From: Terriglobia bacterium
Lineage (GTDB): Bacteria; Acidobacteriota; Terriglobia; Bryobacterales; UBA6623
Assembly: GCA_009841225.1 (NCBI GenBank)
Contig: VXMF01000008.1
Location: 17,763 to 81,762, forward strand
Length of the DNA stretch: 64,000 bases
Reading direction: 5' to 3'
Under the pieces are notes generated by a model, which made no database searches, was not told the DNA's origin, and saw nothing but the letters and a program-made list of their open reading frames with translations. A program made the translations under genes and the position numbers. Shown here piece by piece: positions 61,956 through 64,000 of this stretch (position 1 is the stretch's first letter; each line of letters begins with the position of its first letter).

Positions 61956-63855
61956 CCGCTACGCCCCCGCGGCGCGGCTTGCGCACGCAAGCGTCCTGGC
62001 GCTAGCGGGTGCCCTGGCGGCCGAGGATCCGTCCGACCCGTGGATCGACCGCATCGAACCGCTGGGCGGACAGGTGGCTACCGCTGTCGATGTGACTCTG
62101 GTAGGCAGCAATCTCGAGCTTCCTGCGACGCTGGAATTCGATTCTTCTCACCTGACATGGCAGCCGGCAGGCTCTGACGGCCAGGGCGCCCTCACGGGCC
62201 GGATCTTGATCGGTGCGGACGCACCGCTAGGGCCTCATATCGCAACGCTGCGCACCCCGCGAGGGCTTTCAAACTCACGCATGTTCTACGTCGATGGATT
62301 TGCCTCGACGCTCGAGGTGGAGCCCAACGACACCATCGCCGGCGCACAGACGATCCGCCTCGGACCGCAAACGATCCAAGGCGGGATGCACCAGCTGAAG
62401 GATATCGACACCTATCAGTTTGAGGCCAGAGCCGGGGAGCGTTGGACGTTTGACCTGCGGTCGATCGAATACGGGGGATTTCTCGAAAACGACATGTCGC
62501 TGCTCGACAGCGCTGGCGACCGAGTCGCCTTCAACGACGACCGCGACGAATACTTGGAAACACCGTTCATCGAGCACACCTTCGAGCTCTCGGGCACGTA
62601 CTACCTCAAGCTCGACCAATACCGCGGCCCGCAGCGCGTCAATTGCCACAAGAACTGCGGGTATATGCTCCGCATCGGCAACCTTCCCGTGGCCCACGCG
62701 GCATTCCCTCTGGGAGCGCGCGCGGGCCAGCAGGTCGAACTCTCGCTGCGCGGGCGGTGGCTTCAAGACGTGGAGAGGATCTGGTTGGCACCAGTCCGTC
62801 GCGCCGAGTACTACCGGCTGACATTCCCGTACACGATTCCTCTGCGGGTCACGGATACGGCGCTTCGGCGCCTAGCGGTGGACATCGAAGAGCGGAACGG
62901 AGACCGCGTCACAGGCAGGCTGACCATACCCCGCGATGCTCCTCGAGGCCTGTGGCGCATCTGGGCAGAGTCGCCGGGCGGCAGTACGGATGCCATCAGC
63001 TTCGAGGTCTCGGACATGGCCGAGCCCGATTGCGCCGAAGCGATTTCGCCCTCGCCCGAGGGCGTCGCCTGCAACAGTGTTCTGCGCCGCCACGATGAGG
63101 AGCACGAGTATTGGCTCGAACTTCGGGCTGACCGACCGGTCGTGGTCACCACGCTGGCGGCACAGCTCGGGCTGCCCAATATCGACACCGTGCTCGAGCT
63201 GTTCGACAGCGACGGATCTTTGGTAGCCGAGCACGATGACCTGATGTCGGGCCAAGGCACGGTGATCGGCAATCCGGACTCGATGCTCTATTTCCGAGCG
63301 CCGGAGAGCGGCCGCTACCGCCTATTGGTGCGCGACCGAATTGACCGCGGCGGGCCCGACATGGCGTACCGGCTGCGCATCGAAGAGCGCGAGCCTCGCT
63401 TCGCCTTGCTGGCGGCGCCTGAAAACCTGAACGTAAATGCCGGCACGACGGAGCGCATTGACGTGCTGATGATGCCCGAACCGGGCTTTCGCGACGTGGT
63501 TGATGTCTGGATCGAAGGACCGCCGCAAGGTGTATCGGAGGCGCTAGGGCAGTTCCGGGCCGAGCAGTACTTCGGCCCTTCCGGTGATGGCGACAATGTC
63601 GTCATCCCGACTGCATTCTTGGATGTGGCGGTCGCAGCGGACCTGCCGGCGGGGGACTATCCGCTCCGAATCCTCGGAAAGGCGCACGGCAGCGACGAGA
63701 CGGTCAGAGCGTTCTCGACGCTCTGGATCGGACCTCCGCGGAAACGCAACGACGTTCGCCGCCCGTTGGAGTCCGTCCGGCTGACAGTGGTCGATCCACC
63801 AAAAGCGACAGAGGAAAAACCTGCCGGAGCGACACTAGCAGGCGGGTCTGAGTGA
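61921..63855 (+). CDS. Exported PPC-domain / Ig-like repeat protein, copy B
   Basis: PLGGQVATAVDVTLVG, LEVEPND, DIDTY, EHDD..NPDS; start uncertain (61921 to about 61980). Confidence 0.85.
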   Translation: MAGNRFPSSSRSRYAPAARLAHASVLALAGALAAEDPSDPWIDRIEPLGGQVATAVDVTLVGSNLELPATLEFDSSHLTWQPAGSDGQGALTGRILIGADAPLGPHIATLRTPRGLSNSRMFYVDGFASTLEVEPNDTIAGAQTIRLGPQTIQGGMHQLKDIDTYQFEARAGERWTFDLRSIEYGGFLENDMSLLDSAGDRVAFNDDRDEYLETPFIEHTFELSGTYYLKLDQYRGPQRVNCHKNCGYMLRIGNLPVAHAAFPLGARAGQQVELSLRGRWLQDVERIWLAPVRRAEYYRLTFPYTIPLRVTDTALRRLAVDIEERNGDRVTGRLTIPRDAPRGLWRIWAESPGGSTDAISFEVSDMAEPDCAEAISPSPEGVACNSVLRRHDEEHEYWLELRADRPVVVTTLAAQLGLPNIDTVLELFDSDGSLVAEHDDLMSGQGTVIGNPDSMLYFRAPESGRYRLLVRDRIDRGGPDMAYRLRIEEREPRFALLAAPENLNVNAGTTERIDVLMMPEPGFRDVVDVWIEGPPQGVSEALGQFRAEQYFGPSGDGDNVVIPTAFLDVAVAADLPAGDYPLRILGKAHGSDETVRAFSTLWIGPPRKRNDVRRPLESVRLTVVDPPKATEEKPAGATLAGGSE

Positions 63856-64000
63856 CGAGACTCGTATGCGTTCCGGAGCAGTTCACGCCGGGTTACGGAG
63901 ATTCTCGCAGGCCGGTGCGTGCGATTCGCGGATCTCTCACCGCGAGATTGCCCCGAGCGTGCACGGCGACAACCACACGGCGATTCAGTAGCGTCCTAGC

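Noticed and set aside
43752-63855. Module duplication as a recent IS-mediated copy or assembly artefact
   Set aside because: The copies are substantially diverged at protein level with many indels, so the duplication is old and both are real genes

Overview
GC-rich bacterial chromosome segment, most likely Acidobacteriota (Bryobacterales-like). This assignment is an inference from an acidobacterial-type hypothetical protein family, the long NuoH, the ClpC type and PVC-style DUF1549/DUF1553/DUF1501 genes. The left half is mostly housekeeping (split nuoC-D-H-I-J, ispH, acnA, TrmJ-type methylase, ribA, lactate permease, clpC, pyrE, aroC, rlmB), interspersed with a catalytically degenerate Fic protein, an acyl-CoA dehydrogenase pair, an intact IS256 (25-bp imperfect IRs, 9-bp target duplication) and a vapBC pair whose toxin is destroyed. 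The right half is rich in exported or lipoprotein hydrolases, including three sulfatase-fold proteins, one with Thr at the catalytic Cys/Ser position. Its dominant feature is two paralogous, divergently oriented copies of a tightly coupled three-gene module of unknown function: Ig-like + DUF1549/DUF1553 c-type-heme protein, Tat-exported DUF1501 protein, and PPC-domain protein. A third, orphan triheme DUF1549/DUF1553 gene is also present. That duplicated module is the best candidate for an uncharacterised system. No tRNA, rRNA or CRISPR array was recognised. All family assignments come from motif recognition by eye, not database searches.
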